Positions 39,390 through 52,613 of a stretch of DNA of 64,000 nt are shown here, piece after piece. Within the stretch, counting starts at the first letter, position 1, and the number at the start of each line of letters is the position of its first letter. Both the position numbers and the translations under genes were made by a program. Origin of the DNA: Octopus vulgaris (Eukaryota); contig OX597838.1 in NCBI GenBank assembly GCA_951406725.2, positions 23,126,001 through 23,190,000 of the forward strand, given 5' to 3'. Under the pieces are notes generated by a model. That model was not told the DNA's origin, made no database searches, and worked only from the letters and a program-made list of their open reading frames with translations.

Positions 39390-40345
39390 TTATCTGTCTA
39401 TCTCCATAGTTTCTGCTCTAAATGTAAGACTTCCTTTCTTTCACACAATAAATTATTTATTCCAATTTATAACGGCTTTGGATAAAAACGTAATTTTAGT
39501 CAAAGGGAGACAACTTCTTGTGTTTTTATTTCGTCAATATTTTTTCAAAATTAATTCCCTTTATAGTGATTTTTTTTTTTTAAATCTTTTACGTGTTCCA
39601 ATCATTATACTGCGGCCATGCTATGGCACTACCTTAAAGGGTTTAGTCGAACAAATCGACCCCAATTCTTATTTTTCTATAAACCTTGTACTAATCGGCC
39701 TCTATATGTTACAGGCCATAAACAATACAACACTGGTTGACAAGTGATGGAGGCACAAACACAAGCCTACAAACACAGACACACACGCACACTAACACAC
39801 ATATATACACTAAAACATACACACACTAATGTGTGCACGGGCACGATGGCTTTCATACAGTTTCAGTCTATCAAATGCACTCTCAATGCTTTGGTCGGTC
39901 TAAGACGATATTACAAGGTGTTATGCACAGGGGCAGAACCCATAACCATGTGGCTGGAAGGCCATCGTCTATCCACTTCTTCTATTGGCAACAAAGGGGG
40001 TTCTCTTACCAGATGAGGGGCAGATTGTATGATGTGTAGCATTAGATTCGAACTCGCGTTTTGCCACATACGGACTTCAAATCACAGCTCAGTCACACTT
40101 TTATCATGTGTGTAACCAAGATCTTATGTAATCAATGGCTGTTGTTCACACGATAGTTCTGTAACCCGTCTGGAACTTTTGGTGAGCACAGTCAATAAAG
40201 GTGCCAATTTCGCAAGTGTCACGGACGGTAGAGCCGGTATGACGCTCTCCACTCTCGTCGATTTTAGAGCGTCTTGGGTCAAGCTTCGAATTATACTTTC
40301 TCTGTAATTGTTCTAACGGCTGCATAATCAGTCGAGGATATCGAA

Positions 40346-40841
40346 GCCTAGTACTTATTCTATCGGTCTGTTTTGCCGAATCGCTGAGTTACAGGGACGT
40401 AAACACCAAGCATCGTTTGTCAAGCGATGATGGGAGGACAAACAGACACACAAACAGATGCATGAATGCATGCATACATACATGCATGCATGCATGCATA
40501 CATACATACATACATACATACATACATACATACATACATACATACATACATACATACATACATGCATGCATGCATGCATACATACATACATACATACATA
40601 CATACATACATACATACATACATACATACATACATACATACATACATACATACATGCATACATACATACATACATACGACGGGCTTCTTTCAGATTCCTT
40701 CTACCAAATCCACTCACAAGGCTTTGGTCGGCCCGAGCCTATAGTACGAGGCACTTGCCCAAGGTGCCATGCATTGGGACTGAACCCAGAACCATGTGGT
40801 TGGTAAGCAAGCTACTTACCACACAGCCACTCCTGCGCCTA
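40346..40841 (-). mobile_element. SINE family A copy with expanded (CATA/CATG)n core
   Basis: Family A head and body flank a ~220-bp tetranucleotide tract. Confidence 0.82.
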
Positions 40842-40889
40842 TGCCATTGTTTAAGATTTGTACTTTAATGTGGCTTTGTATAAGACATA

Positions 40890-41280
40890 TGGAAGCGCAA
40901 TGGCCCAGTGGTTAGGGCAGCGGGCTTGCGGTCATAGGATCGCGGTTTCGATTCCCAGACCGGGCGTAGTGAGTGTTTGTTGAGCGAAAACACCTAAAGC
41001 TCCACGAGGCTCCGGCAGGGGATGGTGGTGATCCCTGCTGTACTCTTTCACCACAACTTTCTCTCACTCTTACTTCCTGTTTCTGTAGTACCTGTATTAC
41101 AAAGGGCCGGCCTTGTCACTCTCTGTGTCACACTGAATATCCCTGAGAACTACGTTAAGGGTACACGTGTCTGTGGAGTGCTCTGCCACTTATTTCACGT
41201 CAATTTCACGAGCAGGCTGTTCCGTTGATTCGGATCAACCGGAACCCTCGTCGTCGTAACCGACGGAGTGCTTCCATCCA
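40890..41280 (+). mobile_element. SINE family C copy
   Basis: Same head as 28493 with a different 3' tail, related to 17418-17600 (-). Confidence 0.8.
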
Positions 41281-42073
41281 TAAGACATATATTATACACA
41301 CACGTGTTATATATGTAATAAAAGAGTGTGAACTTTTAGAATGGCAATTGTGTAAAGGTGTGCCGAGTGATCCAAGCTGATGGAAAATCAGAGGACGAAG
41401 ATCTGCATAAGCTTTGAAATATATCCTTAGACAGTGTGGTGACTGGAACAGTTTATAGAGAGTAACTTTACATTAAGTAGTGGAAACAATTCAGAGCACC
41501 TCATGGTCCCAGTAGACAAATTGGGAAAGGCGTTGCTCCAGAGAACGGCGAGGGAGATGCGTTGGATCTGCCACTCTCGCCCACGGGGCTCGCACTTGCG
41601 GATAGACGATATTACAAGTTGTAAAATGTTGGTTTCCGGAGTCTGAATGTTATGAAAGAGATGACAAAGTTAGACGAGGGGCGAACTGCTGTACTCCAAA
41701 AGACTTATCCAATTCATTTTAGCATGAGGTTGGGGTGAGAAAGTGAATAGATGGTGACGATGACGATGACGACGACGATGGTGATAATGACGATTACGGA
41801 CGCGTATTTCTTTGTGTTTGGTTTGTTTCCCTAATGCTGGACAACCGATGTTGGTTTGATCACGTCAACGAAATGTCGCAGTTCTGCTAAAGAGACCAAT
41901 AAAGTAAGAATTTAAAAAAATAATTATTATTGGGATCGAATTATTTCAAAGCTATGCCACAGCGCGGTCGCAGTTTAATGCCCGAAGCAAAAGTTACCTC
42001 CCTTGAAAGATGTTTGCCTCCCTTGCAAAATAGATGTGTGCGTGTGTGCTTTACTCTATCTTTTACTCTAGGG

Positions 42074-42274
42074 CAGTGGTTTTCAACCAGGGTTCTGCCA
42101 GTACAGTCCAGGGGATCCGCAAGAAGATACAAAACTACTAAAATCGGCAGTAATTTTTAATTCTCCTGTGCAGATATGTGTGCATAAGACTATTAAATTA
42201 TTGCACAGGGGTTCCCCGAGCCAGTGGAATGTTTCCTTGGGGTTCCGCTCCAGCAAAAAGTTTGAAAAGCACTG
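42074..42274. mobile_element. hAT (Charlie-like) MITE
   Basis: TIRs CAGTGGTTTTCAA / TTGAAAAGCACTG, with a perfect 8-bp TSD CTCTAGGG at 42066-42073 and 42275-42282. Confidence 0.9.
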
Positions 42275-42674
42275 CTCTAGGGTGAGAGTGCACTGTGGTT
42301 CATGCAGTGCCGACCCTGGTCGGCTGGTGAAAGATAGTGTTTCTTTTGAAAGGTGAAAGGTAGTGTTTCTTTTCAACGTGTGTTGTGCTTAAAAACGTGT
42401 TTGTATTCTTGAATGTAATAAAGTGTAGAATTAGATGATTATCCTGCTTCCAGCTACAGTGTTGCTGCCAGGGTTTGGAGAAATAGGGCAGATTTCTTTA
42501 GAAAACTACACAAATACACTAAAATATGAATTCAGTTGGAACAAAACTTGAAGAAATTGAAAAATGACAGCCAAACAGAGAAGATCCCTAAATTCCTAGC
42601 AACATTTTTTCCAACGTTGTGAGTCCTTTTTTGTTTCAAACCTTTGAGAAAATATATTTGATGAGAGTATTACC

Positions 42675-43085
42675 TTACTCTTTTTACTCTTTTACTTGTT
42701 TCAGTCATTTGACTGCGGCCATGCTGGAGCACCGCCTTTAGTCGAGCCTGGGACTTATTCTTTGTAAGCCCAGTACTTATTCTATCGGTCTCTTTTGCCG
42801 AACCGCTAAGTTACGGGGACATAAACACACCAGCATCGGTTGTCAAGCAATGCTAGGGGGACAAACACAGAGATAAACACAGAAACACAAATACACATAT
42901 ATATATATATATATATATACATATATACGACAGGCTTCTTTCAGTTTCCGTCTACCAAATCCACTCACAAGACTTTGGTCGGCCCGAGGCTATAGTAGAA
43001 GACACTTGCCCAAGGTGCCACACAGTGGGACTGAACCCGGAACCATGTGGTTGGTAAGCAAGCTACTTACCACACAGCCACTCCT
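42675..43085 (-). mobile_element. SINE family A copy
   Basis: Near-full-length and colinear with 1806-2192. Further partial copies lie at about 5510, 12430, 22020, 26521, 39600, 47885, 52846 and 53336. Confidence 0.85.
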
Positions 43086-43794
43086 GGGAAGATGAAAAGG
43101 ATGAGGTTTAGTGACAAGATGGGCATTGCTGCCTTGACAAACGAATTTCATCTGATCCAATCTATGCAAGCAGAGGAGAGAAAAACATCTGTGAAAACAA
43201 AGATGACATCTGAGATATGTAATGTCAAAGGCGACTGTACATGAGTGTGTGGGTGAGTGTGTGTGCATGTGTGAGTGTGTGTGTGTGTGAATGTGTGTGT
43301 GTGTGGGGGAGGAGTGTGTGTGTGTGTGTGTGTGTGTGTGCATGTGTGTGTGTGTGCATATGTGAGTGTGTGTGTGCATGTGTGAGTGTGTGTGTGTGTG
43401 CATATGTGGGCATGCGAGTATGTGTGAGTGTGTGTGTGTGTGTGGGCATGCGAGTGTGTGTGTATGTGTGTGTGCTTGCATGTGTGTATAAATGCATATG
43501 TGGGCATGTGAGTGTGTGTGTGCATGTATATGTGTGTGTGTGTGTGGGTGGGCAAGTTTGAACTAGGAAGTTGTATGTCTTTAATCCGGTTTGATCTGTG
43601 GTTGAACAGCAACAACAAGAGCAGCAACAGCAACCACAAAGTTTACCATCAGAAGTGGTGTGGGATGGTTGGATGGTAGGATGGTGGTGATGGTAATGGT
43701 GTTGGTGGATGAGTTGCTGTTGTTGCTGTCCTTGTTGTTGATGGTGATGGTGAGCAGCACATTTTGTTTCTACCTTCATCCTCTACAGGTGCCA

Positions 43795-43853
43795 GTGGTG
43801 GTGGTGGTGGTGCTGCAATGGAAGTGGCAGTAGTGTTTGTGGTGGTGGTGGTG

Positions 43854-43915
<62 letters not shown>

Positions 43916-44370
43916 GGTGGTGGTGGTGGTGGTGGTGGTAGTAGTGGTGGTGGTGGTGGTGGTGGCAGCAGCAGTGGTGGTTTCAGCAGTGTTTGTAGTA
44001 GTAGTAGTAGTAGTAGTAGTGGGGGTATTGGTGTAGTAATAGTAGTAGTAGTCGGGGTGTTTGTGTAGTAGTAGTAGTAATAGTAGCAGCAGCAGTAGTA
44101 GTGGGGGTGTTTGTAGTAGTAGTAGTAGTAGCAGCAACAGTAGTAGTGGGGGTGTTTGTAGTAGTAGTAGTAGTAGTAGTGGGGGTGTTTGTAGTAGTAG
44201 TAGTAGTAGTAGTACTGGTGGTGCTGGTGACAACATCAAAAGCAGCAACAGCAGCAGCTTCAATTCCTGCGAAAACAACAACAACAACAACAGTAATAAA
44301 AAATAAGAGCAACAACAACTACAACAACAGCATTAATAAAAACATTGACAACATCAACAACAACAAAAAT
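43795..44370. repeat. Compound (GGT)n/(AGT)n/(AAC)n trinucleotide tract
   Basis: Directly visible. Confidence 0.9.
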
Positions 44371-44571
44371 ATTTAAGGTATGGGTGATGGCGCAGGTGGT
44401 AACATGGTAACCTCATCGCTGATAAATTTGATAAAATTTAAACCAGATGTTCAACCCTGATATAAGGAGATAAGGGGGTTTTTTTGCTATCAGAGTTTGT
44501 GTGTGTGCATGTATGTATAACCATCTGTACACACACACACACACATATATATATATATGTAGGTATGTACA

Positions 44572-44674
<103 letters not shown>

Positions 44675-44707
44675 TTGTGTGTGTAGGTATGTATATATAC
44701 ATACTTA

Positions 44708-45256
44708 CAGGGGTTGGACAAAATAATGGAAACACCTAGCGTCATAGCATCATGATTTTGAAACATCTATAAAACCCATCAAAAACTTGTTTATTTTTAT
44801 ATTTTTTTAATTTATTATTAGTGTTGCTTAATATGTTTTGCTAAAATTGCTGTTTCTTTTCCAGATATCATCAGAAAAAGTTAATTAAAATTCATTACAA
44901 TGATAGATCTATCAAACTTTCAAAGAGCTCAAATTGTTGATGCTCATATGGTTGGCACTAGCGTAACGAAAACAGCCAAAATGTTTGGTACATCATGAAG
45001 TACTGTCTTGAAAGTAACGATAGCCTTTGAGAAAGTGGGATAAACCTCCTCGTCAAAACAAAACTCTGGAAGAAAGCCAAAACTTTCAGATAGGGACCGC
45101 CGGATTCTTACACGAATTGTTAGAAAGGATCACAAAAGTACAGCTCTCAAAATTACTGCAGACCACCTTGAAAACCCAGTTAGCACAAAAACTGTTTGCC
45201 AGGAGCTTCACAAAGCTGGATTTCACGGGAGGTCTGCAATCAGAAAACCACTACTT
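44708..45256 (+). mobile_element. 5' part of a Tc1 transposon with decayed transposase
   Basis: TA followed by TIR CAGGGGTTGGACAAAATAATGGAAACACC. From 44900 it reads MIDLSNFQRAQIV...SGRKPKLSDRDRRILTRIVRK...LHKAGFHGRSAIRKPLL with two in-frame stops. Confidence 0.9.
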
Positions 45257-45399
45257 GGTTGGAGGCCCATCCATCCATGTTCTTTTACAGACCTTAGAAA
45301 AACTGAAGAGCCACTGCAATAAGTGAGTGAAATTGAGAGAGGAAGATGTTGAACAAAATCATAATCAACAGATTGTCCCGTATTTTCAATTTTGCCAAA

Positions 45400-46707
45400 T
45401 GTGTGTGTGTAGTTTTGTAAGGGGCAACAAGTTAAAAAAAAAAAGGGCTATGTCCTGCCACTTAGGATAAAGAAATCAAGTCTGGGAGTGAATAAACATT
45501 TAATTCATAATTGTAAGTTGTGTGTGTGTGTGTGTGTGTGTAGTTTTGTAAGGGGCAACAAGTTAAAAAAAAAAGGGCTATGTCCTGCCACTTAGAATAA
45601 AGAAATCAAGCTTAAAGTCTGGGAGTGAATAAACATTTAATCCATGATTGTAAGTTGTGTGTGTGTGTGTATAGTTTTGTAAGGGGCAACAAGTTAAAAA
45701 AAGAAAGGGCTATGTCCTGCCACTTAGGATAAAGAAATCAAGTCTGGGAGTGAATAAACATTTAATCCATAATTGTAAGTTGTGTGTGTGTGTGTGTGTA
45801 GTTTTGTAAGGGGCAACAAGTTAAAAAAATAGGGGGGCTATGTCCTGCCACTTAGAATAAAGAAATCAGGTTTAAAGTCTGCAACAAGTTAAAAAAAAAG
45901 GGCTATGTCCTGCCACTTAGAATAAAGAAATCAGGTTTAAAGTCTGGGAGTGATTAAACATTTAATCCATAATTGTAAGTTGTGTGTGTGTGTGTAGTTT
46001 TGTAAGGGGCAACAAGTTAAAAATAAAGGGCTATGTCCAACTACTTAGAATAAAGAAATCAGGTTTAAAGTCTGGGAGTGAATAAACATTTAATCCATAA
46101 TTGTAAGTTGTGTGTGTGTGTGTGTGTGTTTTTGTAAGGGGCAACAAGTTAAGAAAAAGGGGCTATGTCCAACTATTTAGAATAAAGAAATCAAGCTTAA
46201 AGTCTGGGAGTGAATAAACATTTAATCCATAATTGTAAGTTGTGTGTGTGTGTGTAGTTTTGTAAGGGGCAACAAGTTAAAAAAAAAGGGGCTATGTCCA
46301 ACTACTTAGAATAAAGAAATCAAGCTTAAAGTCTGGGAGTGAATAAACATTTAATCCATAATTGTAAGTTGTGTGTGTGTGTGTGTGTGTGTGTAGTTTT
46401 GTAAGGGGCAACAAGTTAAAAAAATAAGGGCTATGTCCTGCCACTTAGAATAAAGAAATCAGGTTTAAAGTCTGGGAGTGATTAAACATTTAATCCATAA
46501 TTGTAAGTTGTGTGTGTGTGTGTGTGTGTGTTTTGTAAGGGGCAACAAGTTAAAAAATAGGGGGCTATGTCCTGCCACTTAGAATAAAGAAATCAGGTTT
46601 AAAGTCTGCAACAAGTTTAAAAAAAAGGGCTATGTCCTGCCACTGAGAATAAAGAAATCAAGCTTAAAGTCTGGGAGTGAATAAACATTTAATCCATAAT
46701 TGTAAGG

Positions 46708-46775
<68 letters not shown>
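45400..46775. repeat. ~120-140-bp satellite with embedded variable (TG)n, ~11 units
   Basis: Unit (TG)n TAGTTTTGTAAGGGGCAACAAGTT(A)nGGGCTATGTCC...CATAATTGTAAGT. Confidence 0.93.
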
Positions 46776-46776
<1 letters not shown>

Positions 46777-47295
46777 CACCTAACAGTACACCTCATGGAG
46801 TGACAAATACAGCAGAACATCATGAAATAAATGACAAAGGACAGCAACAAGAGGTTGAATACTGTGCTCAGGTAAGCAGACCCACTGAATCCATTGAAGT
46901 GTGACAAAACAGACATTTAAAAAAAAAGAGGTTACCATGGAAGTTGGTCTGTATATGATATGTCTACAGTCAGCACCCTCTTGCCCCATATATATGTTCT
47001 ACGGGGGGGGGGGGTCTTCATCTACCGACCCCATCCTCTCTCTTCTTTATTCTTCTCTATCTCTCTCTCTGTCTCTCTCTCTCTGTCTCTCTCTCTCTGT
47101 CTGTCTCTCTGTCTCTCTCTCTCTGTCTCTCTCTCTCTGTCTCTCTCTCTTATTGCTGTGATGTCCACAATTACTTTATCTTTCTCCCTTCCTTTCTTCT
47201 GTTATCTCTCATACCACTTGCTATTCACATGAGCCAGTTTCATAGCATCACCCATTTTTATTGCAACACATATACATGTGTGTGTGTGTGTGTGT

Positions 47296-47340
47296 GATAG
47301 ATAGATAAATAGATAAAGGATAGATGAATGATAGATGAAT

Positions 47341-47377
<37 letters not shown>

Positions 47378-47421
47378 ATGGATAGATAGATGGATAGATA
47401 GATGGATAGACAAACAGATAG

Positions 47422-47474
<53 letters not shown>

Positions 47475-47563
47475 CAGATGGATAGACAGACAGATAGATA
47501 GATAGATACATAGATAGATAGATAGATAGACAGAAAAATAGATAGATAGACAGACAGACAGAT
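47296..47563. repeat. (GATA)n tetranucleotide tract
   Basis: Directly visible. Confidence 0.9.
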
Positions 47564-48085
47564 ACACACACACACACACACGCATGCACATACATCTCTT
47601 TTCCTATCCTCGTATTGATTGGACAACTTTCACAGAATCCCAACACTTCTTTGCAATGCTTCATCATCACACACACACACATGCACAGCAATAGAGAGAC
47701 AATCCAGTGCTCTTTGCTATAATTATGATGTAATGATATTCAGCCAACTTCTTCAATGGGGGATAATCTTCATACAATAAGGAGTCAAATACAAAGAGGC
47801 CTGTCAGAGCCGCTCCCAGTTTCAGTGCAGCTGACTAAGACAGGTCAAGGAGTTTACAACAGAGCCATTCTTTCTTTTGTTCTTCAATTTGTTTAAATCA
47901 TTTGACTGTGGCCATACTGGAGCACCGCTGTGAAGTGTTTTTGTCCAACAGTTCAGCCCCAGGACTTATTCTTTGTAAGCCTAGTAATTATTCTCTTTAC
48001 CAAACCATTAAGATACAGGGATGTAAACAACAAAAGTTGTCAAATAATAATGGGGGAACAAAACCATACACAAACACACACACAC

Positions 48086-48163
<78 letters not shown>

Positions 48164-48166
<3 letters not shown>

Positions 48167-48311
48167 AAAATCAAATATCCACTCAACATCATGGTGTTTG
48201 GCATGACCACTAGTAATGGTGACGTTATGCCTTCATTCCTCTTCCCACACAGCCTCAGATTCAACACAGAGGCCTACATCAAGTGCCTGGAGGAGGTAGT
48301 ACTGCCCTGGG
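48164..48311 (+). pseudogene. Tc1/mariner transposase catalytic-domain fragment
   Basis: KYPLNIMVFGMTTSNGDVMPSFLFPHSLRFNTEAYIKCLEEVVLPWV. Related pieces lie at 49438-49524 and 52614-52712. Confidence 0.75.
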
Positions 48312-48405
48312 TAACTAGGATGCACCGGAAATCTATATGGTGTTAACCATACGACAAGTGGGGTGATTACAAATAGGAAAAAAGCAACAAGAATGGATTA
48401 AAATA

Positions 48406-48489
48406 TCGGTACAATTGTTTCGTACGAGGACATCTTTAATAAGCTACAAAAAATGCAGTAAATATAGATGGCTCGTACTCGTCAGCCGA
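48406..48489 (-). ncRNA. Type I hammerhead ribozyme, canonical core
   Basis: UCGG CUGACGA GUACGAG...CUCGUAC GAAA C AAUU G U A CCGA. Stem I is 4 bp, stem II is 7 bp plus extensions, and stem III is AC/GU with a palindromic loop. The GUA cleavage triplet puts the cut between 48410 and 48409. Confidence 0.85.
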
Positions 48490-48855
48490 AAAAAAACATC
48501 AGAGATTCCCAAACATCAAAAGGGGTAGATACAAATGAGGGTGTAAGTTTAACTGCATTGAAGAAAGTTTGATTCCTGGAGATCCGATGAAAGGTCTTGA
48601 ACTTACAGAATTTGTGCATGTCCATATATAGCTCATAGTGAATTGTTAATCAAGTTATGTGAAGAAATTTTGGATACAGTCATGCGAAATTTCTGAGAAT
48701 CCGAGTAAGAAGCAAAGTGACTGTCATATCGTGTAGAGGAACAGATTGTTATTGAAATTTACAAGAGTGTCCTTTTTCGTGAGTGTCCAATAATACTATA
48801 TTTGTTCCACGTCCTCGCGTTGTTGTGTTTTCTCTATGTGTTTTCATGTTTGGAT

Positions 48856-48894
<39 letters not shown>

Positions 48895-48994
48895 ATTGGC
48901 ATCCTTTCTGTCTCAGGAGACAATGGAGTTGCGCATGAAGTAGTCTAGTCCTGCTTTTATATTTCATGTCCTGATACATTTCCTGCTGTGTAGT

Positions 48995-49040
<46 letters not shown>

Positions 49041-49137
49041 ATCCAAACATGAAAACACATAGAGAAAACACAACAACGCGAGGACGTGGAACAAATATAG
49101 TATTATTGGACGCTCAGGAAGGAAGGAAAGAAGGAGG

Positions 49138-49172
49138 GTTTAACGTTTCGAGCGGAGCTCTTCGTCAGAAAC
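49138..49172 (-). ncRNA. Minimal hammerhead ribozyme motif (family shared with 15482 and 36003)
   Basis: GUUU CUGACGA A GAGC UCC GCUC GAAA CGU U AAAC. Stem I GUUU/AAAC, stem II GAGC/GCUC, extra A after A9, self-complementary ACGU stem III. Confidence 0.65.
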
Positions 49173-50689
49173 ATAGGAAAAGGAAAGATCCAGAGAAGGG
49201 AAGAAGGAGGAAAAAAATCGCCAACGGTACACACGCGGTCAGAAGTATACATACATACATACATACATATATACATACATACCTACATACATACATACAT
49301 ACATACATATATACATACATACACAGACACACACATATGCACATATATATTATATACAGGGTGCAATTGTAGATTGTCCCCAATTTATATTTTCAACCTA
49401 CGGACAGTGCAATCTCAGGACATGTTCCTAGAGAGTGATAAAAATCAAATATCCACTCAACATCATGGTGTTTGGCATCGCCACTAGTGATGGTGACGTT
49501 ATGCCTTCATTCCTCTTCCCACATGAGTCCCGGGCTCAGCTGGCACTGGCTGACAGTACCCGGTATGGGCCCCTATCCAGGGTTATGGAAAGGAGACAAC
49601 CTTCAAAGAAATCCGGAGTGGAGATCTACAGGTGGTTAAATGTTCGACTCGACACTCTTGCGGCAGCTCCTCCTGCAAGAAAACTGGTGCCAAACGTAAT
49701 GCTCTGCACTCCTTTGGGACTACGTCAGCAAGGTCGAGAGAGGAAATCCTGATGATTGGGCCTCCCAGGATTTTCCTACATCTAGCCCAGGCCTGCGCAG
49801 AACTGGAAAGGAAACTGGAGAGGACACGAAATGTAAAAACCAGACTGGATTAGTTTATGCGCAACTCCATTGTCTCCTGAGACAAAAGGATGCCTACAAC
49901 ATACATGCATTTGCATGTGTGTGTCTATGTGTGTCTGTATGCATACATTTGTACAGCATGAGTGTATAATTAAATAGGTTGTCTGGCACCTGTCATCGCC
50001 ACCATGGTTGCCACTACCGCCACTTCCACCGCCGTTGCCGCCTCCATCATCACTACTATCACTGTCATCATCATCATCATCATCATTTGTTCCCTTTGAT
50101 CTACCACCCCACCCCGCATTGTGTGGCGCCTTGGGCAAGTGTCTTCCACTGCAACCTTGGGTCCTTCGGATACCCTACACTACTCTACAGGTAACATTTC
50201 AGGGCCATTTTGGCATATATCTGGGGCTAAGGCACCTCTCTTTCCCCCTTCCCTTCCAACTTTTCCTTCATTTCCTTCTTCTCTTCCTCTCTGTTTCTGC
50301 CTCTCTCCCTCCCTGTCTTTCTGCCTTACTCTCTTTCTCTCTTTCTGCTCTCCTCTATTCTTTCTCTCTGTCTCTCCTGTTATATTCTCTGCTCCTCTTA
50401 ACTTTTGAAACCTGACTTATTCAGAACTGCTCCAGTTTTAAGCGAGTTTTTAAGAGGAAAGGTGAAAGTGTGGGAAGAAAGAAAGTGGGACAGAATAAAT
50501 TATAATAGTGGTGCTGCTGCTGATGATGATGATGATGATGACAATGATGATGAATATGGTGGAGGTGGTGGTGGTGGTGATGGTGGTGGGGTCATTGCGT
50601 TTGTCATAGTCATGGTGATGATAACCATTGTGGTGGAGATGGTGGTGGTGGTGGTGGTGGTGGCAGTGGTGCTGCTGCAGGTGGTGATG

Positions 50690-50784
50690 ATGATAATGAT
50701 GACCACAAAGACGACGATGATGACAATGATGATGATGATGATAACGATGATGATGATGATGATGACGACGATGATGATGATGAC

Positions 50785-50816
<32 letters not shown>

Positions 50817-50928
50817 CGATGATGATGATGATGATGATAACGACGATGATGATGACGATGATGATGATGATGATGACGATGATGATGATGATGATGACGA
50901 CGATGATGATGATGACGATGATGATGAC

Positions 50929-50966
<38 letters not shown>

Positions 50967-51209
50967 CGATGATGATGATGATGATGACGATGATGATGAC
51001 GATGATGATGATGATGATGAGTGGATGATGATGATGATGATGATGATGACGATGATGATGATGATGACGACGATGATGATGATGATGATGATGATGACGA
51101 CGATGATGATGATGATGATGATGACGACGATGATGATGATGATGATGATAACGATGATGATGATGATGACGATGATGATGACGACGATGATGATGATGAT
51201 GATGACGAC

Positions 51210-51271
<62 letters not shown>

Positions 51272-51272
51272 C

Positions 51273-51330
<58 letters not shown>

Positions 51331-51355
51331 GTGACCACGACAACGATGATGATGA
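50690..51355. repeat. ~660-bp (GAT)n array with GAC interruptions
   Basis: Directly visible. Confidence 0.95.
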
Positions 51356-51664
51356 TTTCTTTAATAATAGTAATAATGCGGATAAAATGAAATATTGCTA
51401 AGCATATATGGGAAACAAAAGAAAAAAAAGAAGAAAGAGAGAAAGAAGAGAGAGAGAGAGAGAGAGAGAGAAAGAAAGAAAGAAAGAGAGGACATCATAA
51501 CAATGGAACAAAGTGATAAATGTTTGGGTTTTTTTTAATCTTTGTTTTCTTTTTGTTTGTTTGTTTGTTTCTTTGTCCTGCTCTGATAAAGCAAATCATT
51601 GATTTATGAGGGGGTTTTTCCCTGATAGTTTGGTCATTGAAGCTGTTGATTAATAAAACCACTT

Positions 51665-52215
51665 CACACACATACACATACATACACACACACGCACATG
51701 CATGCACTTACATACACACACATACACACATACAAATAGACACACACATACACACACACTTGCACGCTCTTACATACACACATGCACATACACACACATA
51801 CACACGCATACACACATACTCACAAATAGATACACACACACACACACACCAACAAACATATACACACATACATACACACACACACACAAACACACAGACA
51901 CATGCACACAGACACACACACACATGCACGCACTTATACACACACATGCATGCACTTACACACACATGCACATACACACATACTCACAAATAGACACACA
52001 CACTCATACACACACAAACATATACACACATACATACACACACACAAACGCATGCACACACAGACACACACACAAACACACACAAGCATACATACACACA
52101 CACAAATACACACACACACACAGACACACACACACACACAGACACACACACATACATGCACATGCATGCGGAGACACACACGTACACACACAGTCACAAA
52201 CAGACACACACATAC
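51665..52215. repeat. Degenerate (CA)n tract
   Basis: Directly visible. Confidence 0.9.
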
Positions 52216-52613
52216 ATCGACTAATCGACCCTCCTGTGGTTTTTTTTGTTTGTTTTTTAATTATACACCGAACAAGTTTTCCAGTTGCTCGATCGACCGT
52301 CGGAACTATCTACTCTCAAGTCATTGCACTATTTGCGGAGGTGCATGAGTTTGTGAGCTTGCAGAATCATTAGCGCATCGCACAAAATGTTAATTGACAA
52401 GGGCTCTCTACATTCTGAGTTCAAATTCCACTAAGGTCAAATAATGTGACAAGCTGTCAGAATTGTTGCCCCACCAGACCAGACAGTTAGTTGTGTCTCC
52501 TCCAGGTTTAATTTCTGAATTCAGATGTCACCAGGTTCAAATAATGCTGTGAGGGATCAGAATTGTTACCGCCCTGGACAAAATGCTTAGCAACACAAGC
52601 GCCCATTTTGGCA

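Noticed and set aside
45400-46775. Repeat-spacer-like periodicity suggesting a CRISPR array
   Set aside because: The 'spacers' are just variable (TG)n, the units are >100 bp, the context is eukaryotic and there are no cas genes.
46787-46871. Possible plus-strand coding exon TPHGVTNTAEHHEINDKGQQQEVEYCAQ
   Set aside because: Good donor, but poor acceptor and no recognisable homology.
50405-51401. Poly-Met/Asp/Ser/His ORFs
   Set aside because: Translations of the (GAT)n array, with no splice or homology support.
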